This document shows, piece by piece, positions 27,443 to 41,570 of a stretch of 64,000 bases of DNA (position 1 is its first letter; each line of letters opens with the position of its first letter). Source of the stretch: the human T2T-CHM13v2.0 reference genome, Homo sapiens; NCBI RefSeq assembly GCF_009914755.1, contig NC_060947.1. The stretch is one strand, 5' to 3'. The notes beneath the pieces were generated by a model. The model searched no databases. It worked only from the letters and a program-made list of their open reading frames with translations, and was not told the DNA's origin. The translations under genes were made by a program, and so were the position numbers.

Positions 27443-30400
27443 TTGTAAATGGTTATATTTTTTTTTTGCTTTTTAAAAATTTCTGAGTTGTTATTTTGGC
27501 AAAATAAATTTTTTGGTAATCTGGAATTCTATTTCATAACATCAAGTGTTTTAAACCTTGAACATTTATCAGCCTTCAAAACTCAAACTCTATTTTCAAA
27601 CCTTTCTTTCCTGACACCTGACTTTTTGGATACTTCAGAGGGCTCCTAAAACATCCAGAAAAGAGGTAAACAGGATCATTTGTCATGTTTAGGTATGTGG
27701 GACTGCCAAAATAAAGTTCAATTATTTTTAGGTTATATTTTTGTAAATAATGCTAGTATATTTTCCAAAATTATATGGTATTCCTAAAAATCTAATGTCT
27801 AAGTGTATGCTATCAATCATGATTAAAGTTTTTATGTTAAGTTATTGTAAGCCATGCAGATAAACTTCTTTGTTAATTGTGTTTCTTTATTATAAGCAAT
27901 GAAGATCAACAAACTTCTTCGTCAATTGTGTTTCTAACTGTAACTACCCTAGACATTTTGCTATTCACAGACAATTGTTGTCTTGTTTTAATCCTTTACA
28001 AAAGATGGTTTATAATAAGCTATAAGAACTGTAACAGGTGCTCTGCAATATGGACTTCTGATAATTTTAGAGACTAACGTGGGAATAAAGGAAAATGTAC
28101 AGGATTTATGAAGAGTTAAAATGTTCACAAACATCAAGCAAAACAAAAGTTAACTAAATGGACTGCACTCAGAAAGCTGAAGCAATCTTTTTGACCTTTT
28201 CTTCAAATATTGCTGATTTTTGTTTTATCTCTCAGAGTCAAAAAAACTTATTTTGAACTATGTACATCCTTTAATAATTGATTAAGGTATACTCCTATGA
28301 ACAAAATTTGGTGCATGTTCATGTTTGTTTTTCTCTATGTGGTCCCTCTAGAATTTGGAAACTATCTGTGAGTATTCTTAACTTATGGCAATATAATTGT
28401 TTGCATCAGTGCAATAAGAATCCATTTTTCTTTTCAAATAAGACACAATTAGAGAAACTAGTTATGTTACCAAGGCTTTCACTGGAAGATTATACTTTCC
28501 TTTCAGGAGTCCATCACAACTTGCAGAGCGTTTAAGAGCCCAGCATGGAAACTGGCCTCATACCCTTGCCTACATAGTCCCTGTACAGGGTTCCTGACCT
28601 GTGGTCAGTAAAGAATGTCACTTTCTAACAGGTCCAGGAACTCCAAGTTTATGTTTGGACCTTAAGAGTAGAGGATCACCCAACTCACAGGTATTGAGGA
28701 TACAAACCCATGGCTGGGCTAGGCTTTAAAAGGTCTTCTCTGAGATTCCTTGGGGAACAGAGTTCCATCAAAGCCAATCCAAGGGGCCTATTTAGAAATA
28801 ATTATTCTTGCTGCACTTTATGCTAATAATCGGGCCAAGTATGAAGCTAAAGTCTATTTTGCAAACAACTTAGTCCTGTAATGATTTGTTTTATTTAACA
28901 AAAATGAGGACTGGCAAGAGAGAAATCATGTTTCAAAACTTATCATATATTTGTCATTAAATTCTAAACTCACTAATTGTTTTTAACTTTTTGCCTACAT
29001 TGTAGACCAACCCTGCTTGTTCTTGTGAACCAACCAGAAATCTCCAGCTGCAGCTCAGAAAGAACAAAATGGATGGATAATGTAAATATCTAAATCAGTA
29101 TTCTAGTTCTTGGCAATTATCCTGCAAATCCTGCCAGGTGATGGGAATAAATAGCATGCCCATCACTCAGAGGTTTCTCTTTGGGAAAGTAAGACCAAAG
29201 GAGCAAACCAAAGCCAAGCATCATGCACCCAAATCCCAGCAAGCATAACTATACCTACCAGTTATCTAGGTGTGTCATAAGACATCATTTCCTCTCCCTT
29301 GTTGCAGGAGACTCAGTTCTAGAGTTTCACCTTAGCATTTGGCTTATGATAAGGAGTCCATGCAATACCCTCTAAGACACATTTTTGTCCCAAACTCAAT
29401 TCCAAGCTCAGAAAAGCCCTAGAAAAGAAAACTGGATCTGAGGGATCCAGAGGCAGATGATAATGGAAGTTAAAAAGCACAGCACAGGTGAGTGTGGCTG
29501 ATTCCTGCCAATTAAGCCAAACCCAAGCTTCCTGTTTCATGGATAAAGGCCACGTTAGTATCCATGACATAAATGAAGTCTAGGGAATTCAAGGCTACTG
29601 ACAGCAGGGGAGATAGGGTGTACACGGGCAAGAGTGGATAATTCCTGCCCCCTTGGACCCCTTGCTTCATTGGTGCAAGCTGCTTTGGTACCCATGGCAG
29701 TGCCTGCCAAGGTCAATGGGATGAGAGGGGTGCAAGGACTGAAGAGGGAAAGAGTATGCTCTTCCCTCTCTCCCTCACATACCCTGGTTATCTGCTAGGA
29801 AGAGAAGGAAACCTGGGATGCCCTCTCCTCTCTTTCTAGATGGATAGCCACTCATCTTCAGCCTATACCCCTTTTGAATGCATCCTGAACCCCTGGGACT
29901 CCTTTGAAAAAATGTCTTTGTTTTCTTATCTCCTCATCTGTTCTCCCTTCACTAATAGGTAATTGTGTGCCTGTACTACAGGACATTGCCCTCAGATGTG
30001 TCCTCCAAACTGGAAAGAGTTAATTTCCCAAACCTTAAACTGGTTGGCTTAGGATTGGGCTCAGGGGCAGGGAACCCAGAAGCCTGACATGCCAGCAAAA
30101 CGGTAAAGTTTTTATACCAGTCAGGCTTTTGGCCTCCCTCTCCCTGTGCAAACTGGAAAAAGACCTCATAATTTTTTAGCTGTCCTTACCCTTCCCCTTG
30201 TTTTATTTTGTTACATGTTTTCTAATAACCCGGTTCATCTCTTCTTGCTTTCAGGCCATCAAACTTCAAACGGTCCTGCAATCTGAGCCTCAGAGGATGG
30301 TCCCTTCTGCTGGGAACACTTAGGCCTCTGAGGGAGATCTGACTGCCGTTTCCCCAAAACAGTGCCCTCCATCAGCACGAAGCAGTTAAGATCAGTCTTC

Positions 30401-32460
30401 ATCCTTATTTTTATTGATGGCAGTTAGATGTACTTATTTAGAGGGGGGAATGAGACAGCCAGGTGGGAGTGGGTCCCTGGCAAAACTCCAACCAGTCTGC
30501 ATACTAGGAATGTGCACTGGGGTGGAGCCACACAGGTTCACGCCATTTGCAGCAGGGAGGAGCCTGGCCTCTCCTCTTCCTGTGTGTAACCTCGGATTCA
30601 AACTGTGAGGTGGGAAGCACATCAGTGGAACTCTGGCCTTGCAGAGAGTCCCTGATCCCCCTTTTGTTCCTTTTCACCTAATAAAACCCTGCTTTACTCA
30701 CCCTTCGAACTGTCTGCAAACCTAAACTTTTGTGGCCATGGGACAAGGACCTTGTCTTTAGCTGAACTAAGGAAAAGTCCTGCAGAACTAAGAGACATAT
30801 TCAGAACATTTCGTGAAGCAGCAAAAGAATGCAGATTCTTCTGAAACGCACCCATAACATTCTCCAGGATAGATTATACATTGCGTCTCCAAATAAGCCT
30901 TAACAAATTTAAGAAGACTGAAATATTATCAAGCATATTTTCCAACAGCAATGGCATTAAGCTAGAAATCAGTAACAGGAAGAAAATTTAAAAATTTCAC
31001 ACATATGTGGAAATGAAGCAACACACTCTTGAACAACCAATCAGTCAAAGAAGGAAGAAAAAGAGAAATCAAAAAACATCTTCAGATAAATGAAAATTGA
31101 AACATGAGATACCAAAACATTCAGAATGCAGTGAAAGCAATTATAAGAGCAACATTAACAATGATGGACACTTAAATGGAGAAGTAAAATCTCAAAAAAA
31201 CAACAACTTAACTTTACACTTTAAGAAAGTAGAAAGAGAACAAATTTCAGCACAAAGTAAGCAGAAGGAAGGGAATAATAAAGATCATAAATAAATAAAT
31301 AAAAATTAGAAATAAATAAAATAGACATGAGAAATACAATAGAAAAGATTAATAAAGCTAAGAGTTAGTTTTAAAAAATATAAACAAAATTTAAAAAATT
31401 TTAGCTAGACAAGGAAAATAGAAAGAAGACTCAAATAAATAAAATTATAAATGAAAAAGGAGTCATTATAGCTGATATGACAGAAATACAAAGAATCATA
31501 GACAACTACTATGAACAGTTATATGCCAACAAATTAAGTAACCTGGAATAAATGGTTAAATTTCTTGAAACATACACCCTGCCAAGACTGAATCATAAAG
31601 AAATTGAAAAACTGAAAAGACCAATAATGAATAACCGCAAAAAGCCTATGACTTGATGGCTTTATTACTGGATTCTACCAAACAATTAAGGAAGAATTAA
31701 TGCTAATACTTCTCAAACTCTTGAAAAGTAGAAGAGGGGGAGCTCTTTTTATTTCAAAGCATAAGGCAAGCATTACCTTGGTATCAAAGCTAGACAAAGA
31801 CATTACAAGAAATGAAAATTCTAGACCAATATCCCTGATGAACATAGATTAAAAAAATCTACCACAACATACTAGCAAACAGAATTCTACAGCACATTAA
31901 AGGGATCATTCACTGTACTCAAGTGGGATTTATCCCTAAGATGCAGGGATGGTTGATCATACGCAAATTAGTAATTATGATATATCACTTTAACAGAATG
32001 AAGGATAAAAATCATGACTACATGAGTAGACGCGGAAAAAGAATTTGACAAAATTCAACATCATTTTATGATAAAAACTTTCAACACTTTTGATACAGAA
32101 AAAAATGTTACTGAACACAACAAAGGCCACAGACGACAACCCCACAGATAACATCATACTCAATGATGAAAATTTGAAAACTTCTCCTCTAAAATCAGGA
32201 GGAAGACAAGGATAGCCATTCTTGCCATTTCTGTTGAATATAGTATTGGAAGTCCTAGCCAGAGGATTTAGGCAAGCAAAAGAAATAAAATGCATACAAA
32301 TTGGAAAGAAATATGTACAGTTGTCTCTGTTTGAAGATGAGGCGATCTTACACGTAGAAAACCCTAAAGATGCCATTAAAACACTGTTAGAACTAATAAA
32401 TTCAGTAAAGGTGTAGGATACAAAATTAAGATAAAAAATCAATGATGTTTGTGTACACTA

Positions 32461-32902
32461 TTAGGGTTCTCTAGAGGGACAGGACTAACAGGATAGATGT
32501 ATATAAAAAGGGGAGTTTATTAAAGAGTATTGACTCACATGGTCACAAGGTAAGGTCCCACATTGACCATCTGCAAGCTGAGGAGCAAGATGGCCAGTAC
32601 AAGTCCCAAAGCTGAAGAGCTTGGAGTCAAATGTTTGAGGGCAAGAAGCATCCAGCATGAGAGAAAGATGTAGGCTGGGAGACTAAGCCAGTCTAGTCTT
32701 TTCATGCTCTTCTGCCTGCTTTTATTCTGGCTCTGCTGGCAGCTCATTAGACTGTGCACCTGCAGATTAAGGGTGGGTCTGTCTTTCTCATTCCACTTAC
32801 TCAAATGTTAATCTCCTTTGGCAACACCTTCACAGACACACCCAGGAACAACACTTTGCATTTTTAATGCAACCAAGTTGACACTCAATATTAATCATCA
32901 CA
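32461..32902 (-). mobile_element. MLT2A LTR (3' LTR of HERV-L)
   Basis: The reverse complement begins tgtgatgattaatattgagtgtcaacttg and ends gtccctctagagaaccctaa. The terminal ...taataca is missing. Confidence 0.88.
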
Positions 32903-33993
32903 AGTCCAACCCTTGTCAACTTGAATCCATACACATCTCTTGAAATCATATATAGTATTCAAATGAAGACAATAATAAGGTCATAATTACACCTAACATA
33001 AAACAACTATCCTTTGTACAACCAGAAATGCATAAATTCCCAACCCAAATACTATTACATAAAGTTAACCACACTTAAATGCTGATATGAAGTCAATAAA
33101 TCTTATATGCATGATAAAAAAGGAAATAAAATGAAGACATTTTCTTAGTACAGGTGTATACATGGACAAACATGTTCTTAACAAAAAGGAGGAAATACTC
33201 ATGACAATTACAGTCCGCGTTTCTGCACCTGGTCATGTGGTCATAGCTGGAATTGATGACTACCTTCTTCTACCACTCATTCTGTACTCCCTTTGCATTC
33301 AGCAAACACCTCAGCAGGTTGTGCTTTTTTATCTAGTGGAGTTACCCAAACCTTCATTATTAAAGGGTCTGGTCCATTTGTAGTCCTGCCTGGATTAGAC
33401 TGTTGTAGTTTCCCATTGATCTTAACCACAGGGCATGGTAATACTAAGAGACACTCTAAGGGATCTCATGCATCCCACTCATACTCATCCTTACCTCCAT
33501 TGTGGAGTAGTAGACTGATTTCCTCTTGATAGTCTGGGCCAGTCACCCCAGCCAACACTGTAACTCCCTTCTTAGCCTGTTAACTTAAAGGTAGGAGGAG
33601 CCAAAGGTGGCCAGGGGGCAGTCTTAACTTCCTGTTTACTGGAATCATTATGTCTCCTGGTGGCAGTGTTCTTCCCTCTGGAACTAAGACCTCCAGGCCT
33701 GCAGAATGAAATGTCGTGGGAATAGGAAGCAAAAATTTTGCTAGTGGGTCACTAGGGATAATGGTGAGTGGTGCCACTTCCACTTCCACCCCTTGATTCC
33801 TAAACCCATGAATCCTGGCTATGCGAGAAACAGTACCATATATTGAATGCTGATTCAGAGCATACACAGCCTTCAGGAGAGCTTTGCCCCAGTCCTGCAA
33901 AGTATTGTCACCTAGTTGTCATTGTAATTGTGACTTCAAAAGTCCATTCCACCCTTCTACCAACCCAGCTGCTTCAGGATAATGGGAAACATA
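32903..33993 (-). pseudogene. pol: HERV-L internal 3' fragment (integrase C-terminus and dUTPase remnant)
   Basis: ORF 33580-33900, WGKALLKAVYALNQH...AGLEVLVPEGRTLPPGD..KLRLPPGH. The PPT is adjacent to the LTR. Confidence 0.85.
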
Positions 33994-34453
33994 ACAATGA
34001 ACTATCTGAAAAATAAATTAAGAAAACAATCCCATTTACAATAGTGTCAAAATAAAGTAGGAATAAATTTAACCAAGGAGTTGAAAGATCTATGCAGTGA
34101 AAACTATAAAATATTGATGAAAGAAATTACAAAACATGCAAATAAATGGAAAAATATCCCATATTTATAAATTGATATTGTTAACATATTCATACTATTC
34201 AAAGCAATTTACAGATTAAATGCAATCACTATCATAATTCCAATGAGATATTTTACAAAACTAGAAAAAAATCCTAAAATTCATATGGAACCACAAAATA
34301 CCCCAAATAGTGAAAGTAATTTTAAGCAAAAAGAACAAAGCTGGAGGCATCACACTCTCTGATCTCAAAATCTACTGTAAGGCTATATTATGGTAATCGA
34401 AACAGCATGGTGCCAGCATAAAAGCAGACATTCAAACCAATGGAAAAATAGAA

Positions 34454-34722
34454 ACCTGGGCAACACAGAGAGATCCTAGCTCTATGAAAAAGAAAAAAAA
34501 AAAAACAAACGCTGGGCATGGTGGTACATGCCTGTGGTTCCAGCTACTCTGGAGGCTGAGGTGGGAGGATGATTTAAGTGCAGGAGTTTGAGCCTATCGT
34601 GACCGGTGATTGCACCACTTCATTCCAGCCTGGGTGACAGAGAAAGACCAGGTTTCCAGAAAAAAAAGAAAGAAAGGAAAAGAAAGGAAAGGATAGGAAA
34701 GGAAAGGAAAAAAGAAAAGAAA
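34454..34722 (+). mobile_element. 5'-truncated AluJ with (GAAAR)n tail
   Basis: Old Alu right arm (gaggtgggaggatgatttaag...ccagcctgggtgacagag) followed by a purine repeat. Confidence 0.8.
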
Positions 34723-35666
34723 AGAGAGATTCCAGAAATAAATTAAAATAAATTTTATGGTCAACTGATCTTTTAAAAAGGTGCTAATAATATAAAATGG
34801 GGAAAGGACCGTCATAAATGCTGCTAGGAAAATTAGATACCCACATGTAGCAGAATTAAATTGGATCCTTGTCTCACACCATATATAAAAATCATCTCAA
34901 AATGGATTAAAGACTTAAACACAAGGCCTTAAAATGTAAAACTACCAGAGAAAAGCATCTAGTCAAACTTTTTGACACTGGTCTTAGCAAATATTTTTCT
35001 TCAGATATGGCACCGAAAGCATAGGCAACCGAAGCAAAAATAGATGTATGAAATTGCATCAAACTAAAAAGTTTCTGCACAGCAAACCATAACAGAGTGA
35101 ATATATAAGCTACAGAATAGGAGAAAATATTTTCAAACTATACATCTGATAAAGGATTGATATTCAAAATATGTAGTGAACTCAATGAACTTTATGGCAA
35201 GAAAACAGACAGCCTGATTTTAAAATGGGTAAAGGACATGAATAAACATGTTTCAAAAGAAGACATAAAAAATGGTCAACAGATATATTAAAAAATGCTC
35301 AACATTGCTGATCATAGGAGAAATGAAAATTAAAACCTGATATCAGCTTACACCTATTAGAATAGCTGTCAATGAAAAGACAAAACATAACAAGTGCTAG
35401 TGAGAATCTGTAGAAATTAGAATCCTTGCACACTGTTGGTTGGAATGTAGATTAGTATAGCCATTGTGGAAAACAGTATGGAAGTTCCTCAAGAAATTAA
35501 AAATAGAACTACCATATGATCCAGCAATCCTGCTTCTTGGTATATATCCAAAGAAAATGAAGTCACTATGTCAAAGAGATATCTTCATTGCAACATTATT
35601 CATAACGGCCAAGATATGGAATCAACCTAAGTGTTCACTGATGGTGAATGAATTAAAAAAAATTGT

Positions 35667-36013
<347 letters not shown>

Positions 36014-36404
36014 CTAAAAAAGAGGATATCCTGTTATTTGTGACAGCATGGATGAACCTAGAGGACATTATGCTTAGTGTAATAAGCCGGCACAGAAGGA
36101 CAAATACTGTATGATCTCACTTATATGTGGAATCCAAAAGTGAACTCATAGAAGCAAAAAGTAGAATGGTGGTTACTAGGGGCTGTCGTGGGGGGAATAG
36201 GGAGTTATTGGTTGAAGGGTACAATATTTCAGTTAAATAAGAGGGATACATTTTGCAGAGAACTATCATATACTGTAATGACTGCTGTTAATAATAATAT
36301 ATTGTGTATTTGAAAATTGCTAAGAATGTAGGTCTTAAATGTGCTTATTACAAAAACATAATAAGCATGTGAAAGGGTTGTTAATTCACTCTAATCACTT
36401 TCCT

Positions 36405-36470
36405 ATATATTATATATAATATGTATATATTATGTACCTATGTATATTATATGTATATATTATATATAAT
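36405..36470. repeat. Degenerate (TA)n low-complexity tract
   Basis: tatatattatatataatatgtatatat... Confidence 0.8.
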
Positions 36471-37119
36471 CAAAACATCATGTACTCTGTAAGTATATGA
36501 ATATTTATTTTTCAATTATACTTCAATAAAGCTGGAAAAATATACTCTTTGCATAAAAGTTTGCAAACTTTTTTACTCATCAATTCTAGTAGTTCTGTGG
36601 AGCCCTGGGATTCTGTGAGGGTATCTCAAAGGCCACCTCACAGGCTATTAGATGTTATTATAAGCTCCTCACCTATTCCCATGCAAGTTCTTTGAATCTT
36701 TAAAGTAAAAGTAAATAAAAAATCCAAGCACCTTGTTTTTCTTTTAACAGCAGAATTTGTCCAAAAATATTTAAATCACTGACTTAGGCTTTAGTTTGTT
36801 TTTATTTATTTTATTTTGTGAAATATGCTCCAGAAGAGCCTTGATCTTTCTTCATTTTTATGAGACTGATATACTGAATATTTATCTCTAAGAAAACATT
36901 CAGTTACTAATTTCCAAAAGGTTTCTCAAAACAGACTTCCCAATTTGGGTAGTATAAATCATGGTTTGCTTTTTTCCCTGAAGCTTTCCTTCTGAAATGG
37001 AAAATGGGATACTTAATATTGAGAATGAAGGAAATGGTTTTGCTAAGAAAGATCACCTGCCTCTGTAATACTCAAATATGTTTCAAATTTAACTAATCCT
37101 ACTCTATTTACCACGGAAA

Positions 37120-37870
37120 GTTGTTTGCTGGAGCAATTTTGCCAGCCAAGTGTGAAAAACATTTATTATTTAAAAAAATAATTACATATATAAATTTATA
37201 ATTAAATAAATTATATTAAAAACAGAGAATACTCAAAACTCATAATGTGCTAATTATCGCGGGATATCTTTACTGCTATCTATATTCTCGAGGTTATGTA
37301 CCTCTCTTGCATCTGTGTGGTTGAAATACTGTATAATGGTGCTATAGTTTGGATGTTTGACCCTCCAAACCTCATGTTGAAATTTGATTTCCAATATTGC
37401 AAGTGAGGCCTAAAGGGAGGTGTTTGGGTCACGGTGGCAGATCCTTCATGAATGGCTTGATGTCCCTGCTGTAGTGAGTCCTCACTTTATTAGTTCTCTC
37501 AAGAACTGATTGTTAAAAACACCCTGGCATCTCCCTCCCCTCTGTCTCAATTCCTCTGTCTCACCACGTGATCTCTGGCTCACGCCTGCTCCTTTGTTCT
37601 TTCTGTCATGAATTGAAGCAGTCTGAGGCCCTTACCAGCTGGAGATGCTGGAGCCATGCTTTATGCTACATGGTTATATAGCCTGCAGAACCATGAGCCA
37701 AATAAATCTCTTTTCTTTATAAATTACCCAGCCTCAGTATTTCTTTATAGCAACACAAACAGCCTAAGACAAATGGTATGCTGCTGTGCATTTATTCTCA
37801 AATCCTTGTTCCATGACATTAGGTTGATAGCTTGAAAACAGAAATTGGCAAATGCTACAAATTACAACTA
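37120..37870 (+). mobile_element. MER63-like hAT element interrupted by MSTB
   Basis: aatactcaaaactcat...gaaatactgtataatgg|tatgctgctgtgcat...gaaattggcaaatgctacaaat resembles the recalled MER63 consensus. Confidence 0.65.
37340..37771 (+). mobile_element. MSTB/MSTB1 solo LTR
   Basis: tgctatagtttggatgtttg...cctaagaca, with 5-bp TSD aatgg at 37335-37339 and 37772-37776. Confidence 0.9.
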
Positions 37871-40599
37871 TCGTCTTCCTTGATTTGAAATGATGTTTCA
37901 ACTTTCCCTTCATCCAGACTTAACTGATTTCTTTCTTATTTCTTCACTGCATTTCATTTTTTAAATCATGAAAACGCTTCTGTGCTAAGGCATAAAAGAA
38001 GAGATTTTATGCATTACTTCTCCTTAGATAGTTTTCTCCTAGTAAACACTGTTGTTGAGGGTGTGTCTGCTTCTGATCTAATGGGTATTTTTCATAGAGG
38101 TGATAGGTTGCCCCTATCACTCTAGAGTTCTGTGTTTCAGTTTATAAAATAAATGACAAAAAGAAATTGTTCATATCACAGTGCTAACAAACTGAGCTAA
38201 CCAAGTTTTCACTTTGAAGCTGAAATGTTCAAGTTGTTAACCAGCTCACACTTGGTATTAAACCCTGGTGATTCCTTTAAGACAGTCATCCTAGGATAAG
38301 TAATCTCTGGTTTGTAATAACTTATTAGGAGTTATTAAGACAATATCTTTAAAATTTCTGCACTTTGGGGAAACCAGACTGTTTCAAATAAGATCTATGA
38401 TAAGGTGATAATTCTTAGAACTTGTCCAATTCTGTACTAGGTGGGAACTGATTCTACAAGATAATCAGGTGACAAATCTGAGTGTCTAGTAAGTCATAGA
38501 CACCTGAAATTCCCAGATCATATTTGAGCCTAGTAGTCCAGACTGTTGAAAGAAGCAACACTAAAAGAACATGTAGGGCAATGATTGTTTCACTATCACA
38601 AACTTAATTATGGTCCAGGGACCTTATTGAAGGTCTTCTTCAGATGTCAATACAACAACAACAAGTGCAGCAAAATATGATTTGCCCTCATTGGATTTTA
38701 AAAATCAATTTTTCTCTGATAGCTTACTAGATTGGAAAGTACTTAATAAGCTATTATTTTTAGTACTTAGTAAACTATATAGGACACATGGCATTGCCAT
38801 ATATATTCAATGGAAAAAAGCTTTTTTGTTTGTAATAAATATTTTCCTCTCCCCTACAAGTATTGTTTGGAGGGGATGGAATGTTCATAATTGTTTCTCT
38901 AATAACTTGCCAAATAAGCTTTCATAATTCAGCAGAAATATTAATAAATCATGACATCAATAATATTGATAGAATAAAGCCAAAACAGATGGTTAGATGT
39001 CAGTTAGTTCTTAGTTACTCAACAGTATCAGGAAAATATTTGACTGTAAAAATCCAGCTTCAATGTGGAAACAGTATGCACATATTCCTTTCTTACATGA
39101 ATAAAAATGGCTTCCAAAATGGAATGAACTCATCCCACTTAAATGCCTGATCACTCAATGTCTAGCTTTCTGCAGCTCCCTTTCTGTAGAGAGGGTCGTT
39201 AGTACTTATTTTTCCAATGTTTTGTATAATTAGTTTCCTAATGCTACACTAAATGAGCAATGTACATGTGCAGAGACACTAATAAGCAGCTTATTTCCAA
39301 TAAGTTTCATTCAGATTTAAAATGCAAATCTTGGCCCCCTCACCTTCCTATCACAAATATAATCACACCAATCCTTAATAAATATATTTTGTGCACATTC
39401 TAGAGCCCCCTTTCTTTGTTTGGCTACAATCAGCATTCTGTGAACATACTTTATGGAGTAGAGCAAGATAAAATACAAAGCAAAAAATAATTATCTAAAT
39501 TAAAAATGATCGTATAAATCTAATGTGAAAATGTGTGCAACTTGTACAACTCTTAAGAGTGAAAGAAAGAATACATTGCATAATTTAAAAAGCCTTGCTA
39601 CTAGTAGCTTATTACTTCCCACAGAGTCTATAAGAAAGTACCAAAAGCTGTTCTTCACTCTAGGTTTCAATTGTATCATTCAACTCATTGAGTTTCTAGG
39701 TGTGGGAGGGTTCAAGAGTGGTTCTCCTCCTCTCTTCTGAACAACATTTACCTCTTCAATTACTTTGAGTATCATAGCCAATTTTTTCATGGTAACTCAG
39801 GAACGGAAATCAGGAATACCAAATATTCTGCCATATGTGAAATAGTCCCAAATAATAAATGTTGATCCTGTGTCCCACATGACTTTTACATTTTCCACTG
39901 GAGATTCACGTAGGATAAAAGAAAAAAACTAATAACTATTTGAAGCTAGAACATAATTGTTTTGCTTACAAACAAAACTCTTTTATACCTACTTAATTTA
40001 CACTTACGTGAGAAATAAAATTACCAAGTGAACCAAGGAAGACTGTATTTTGTTTCGCTTGGGATATATGCAAACCTTATTCACCATTTAGAAAATGTCA
40101 CCAAAGATAATGCAACTTGTGGTACTTGTGTCAGTAGTACAGAACACCTGTATCAGTATTTGTTACTGTCATATTCATAGTAATATCTCACATTAGTACA
40201 AGCACCTGATAGCTTTGTTATAGCTTCTACTATAGTTGTGCCCAAGTATTTGTATACTGAAGCACACATTATCTCATTGTAAATTTTATTTTGGTATTCA
40301 TTCTTTTTTATGATAATTGAGGCAACATAATTTTTTTAAAAAACATGTGTAGGTAGGTTAGATTATCTAACAATTTAATTTCAGGATATTAAAAGGGAAC
40401 ACTGTGATATATTTATTGCAAGAAAGAGAGAATTCCATCTCACAGGACTGAAAAACACTGGTATATTTCACACTTGATACCATACTACAAAATTCCACAA
40501 AGGGAACTAAGTGTGTGCCTGAATTGATGAAATTCTGCACTAACATATGTACCTCTATCATCACAATACTCATGTACTCAGCACATCAAAGTTAATTCC

Positions 40600-40800
40600 C
40601 TTACATAGTGTTATAGAGTGCTTCTTTGTAGCCCTTAACACAGGGGACATTTTCATTTATTTTTGTGGTTATTTGATCTAGTTTCTGTGAGGGTAAGGAC
40701 TGTGTCTATTTTTGCTCACTATTTATTCCAAACACTTTGCATGAAACATTGCATATAGTAGGTGCTCCATGAATATTAACTAATTGAATAGATTAATGAA
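40600..40800 (+). mobile_element. L2 3' end
   Basis: gtttctgtgagggtaaggactgtgtc...gcatatagtaggtgctccatgaatatt...gaatagattaatgaa. Confidence 0.65.
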
Positions 40801-41570
40801 AAAGTTTTCTATCCCCTGCACCAATGGTAGGGGGCTGAAGACAGAAGTGGAAAGATGGGAAATTCAAAAATTAGATGACTTATTGAATATTTTAATTTAA
40901 AACATATTAATTCTGTAGTCATATTATACTCATAAATCTCCTGAAGGCATAATTATGGTTATTAAAATTATGGCCCTATTCACATGGTGAGGTACTCAAT
41001 AATCTCCTATTATGTACCTGTTACTGACATGAGATTTTGAAGCACAAACTCTTCGTCTAAGTCAAAAGCCTCTGTTTAATACTACAAGGAAACTGAGAAC
41101 AGAAGCATAGCTTAGGGATCTTTATTTCAAATTATAAATAAAGTTATGCTTATTATAGAAAAATTAAAAAGCATGGAAAACAACACAAAGAAAAACTAAT
41201 TTCCTGTAGCTAACAGCAGGTCATTCAGCAATGACAACTTTTTGCTTGATTTTTAATTTTTTATTAATTTTTATGGAAATCTTTAAACTGATGGCAATAT
41301 TCTTAGGTGTATATCTTGATGAATTTTTATGTATGTTTAGGCCCATATAACCACAACTCATGTCAAAATATAAAATACTTCCAGCAGCCCTAATGGCTTT
41401 CCCATGTCTCTCCAGGGTCTGTATCTCTCACCAGATATGTTTTATTGTTGTGTAATATTCCATTGTATTACTATTTACTCTGTCAACAGTTGACAAACAT
41501 TTGAGTTGTTTTCAATTCATGGCTATATCGAATTATCTGCTATGGATATAGTTGTATGTATCTTTTTTTA

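Larger units (their letters stand above)
23954..30787 (+). mobile_element. MER61-type ERV1 provirus (non-autonomous): 5' LTR 23954-24285, 3' LTR 30451-30787
   Basis: Direct-repeat LTRs starting tgagacagccaggtggga. 4-bp TSD ctaa at 23950-23953 and 30788-30791. PPT agaggggggaa at 30440-30450. Confidence 0.9.

Noticed and set aside
27862-27935. Duplicated 25-mer aaacttcttYgtYaattgtgtttct in the MER61 internal region
   Set aside because: A small local duplication, possibly in the family consensus, with no functional clue.
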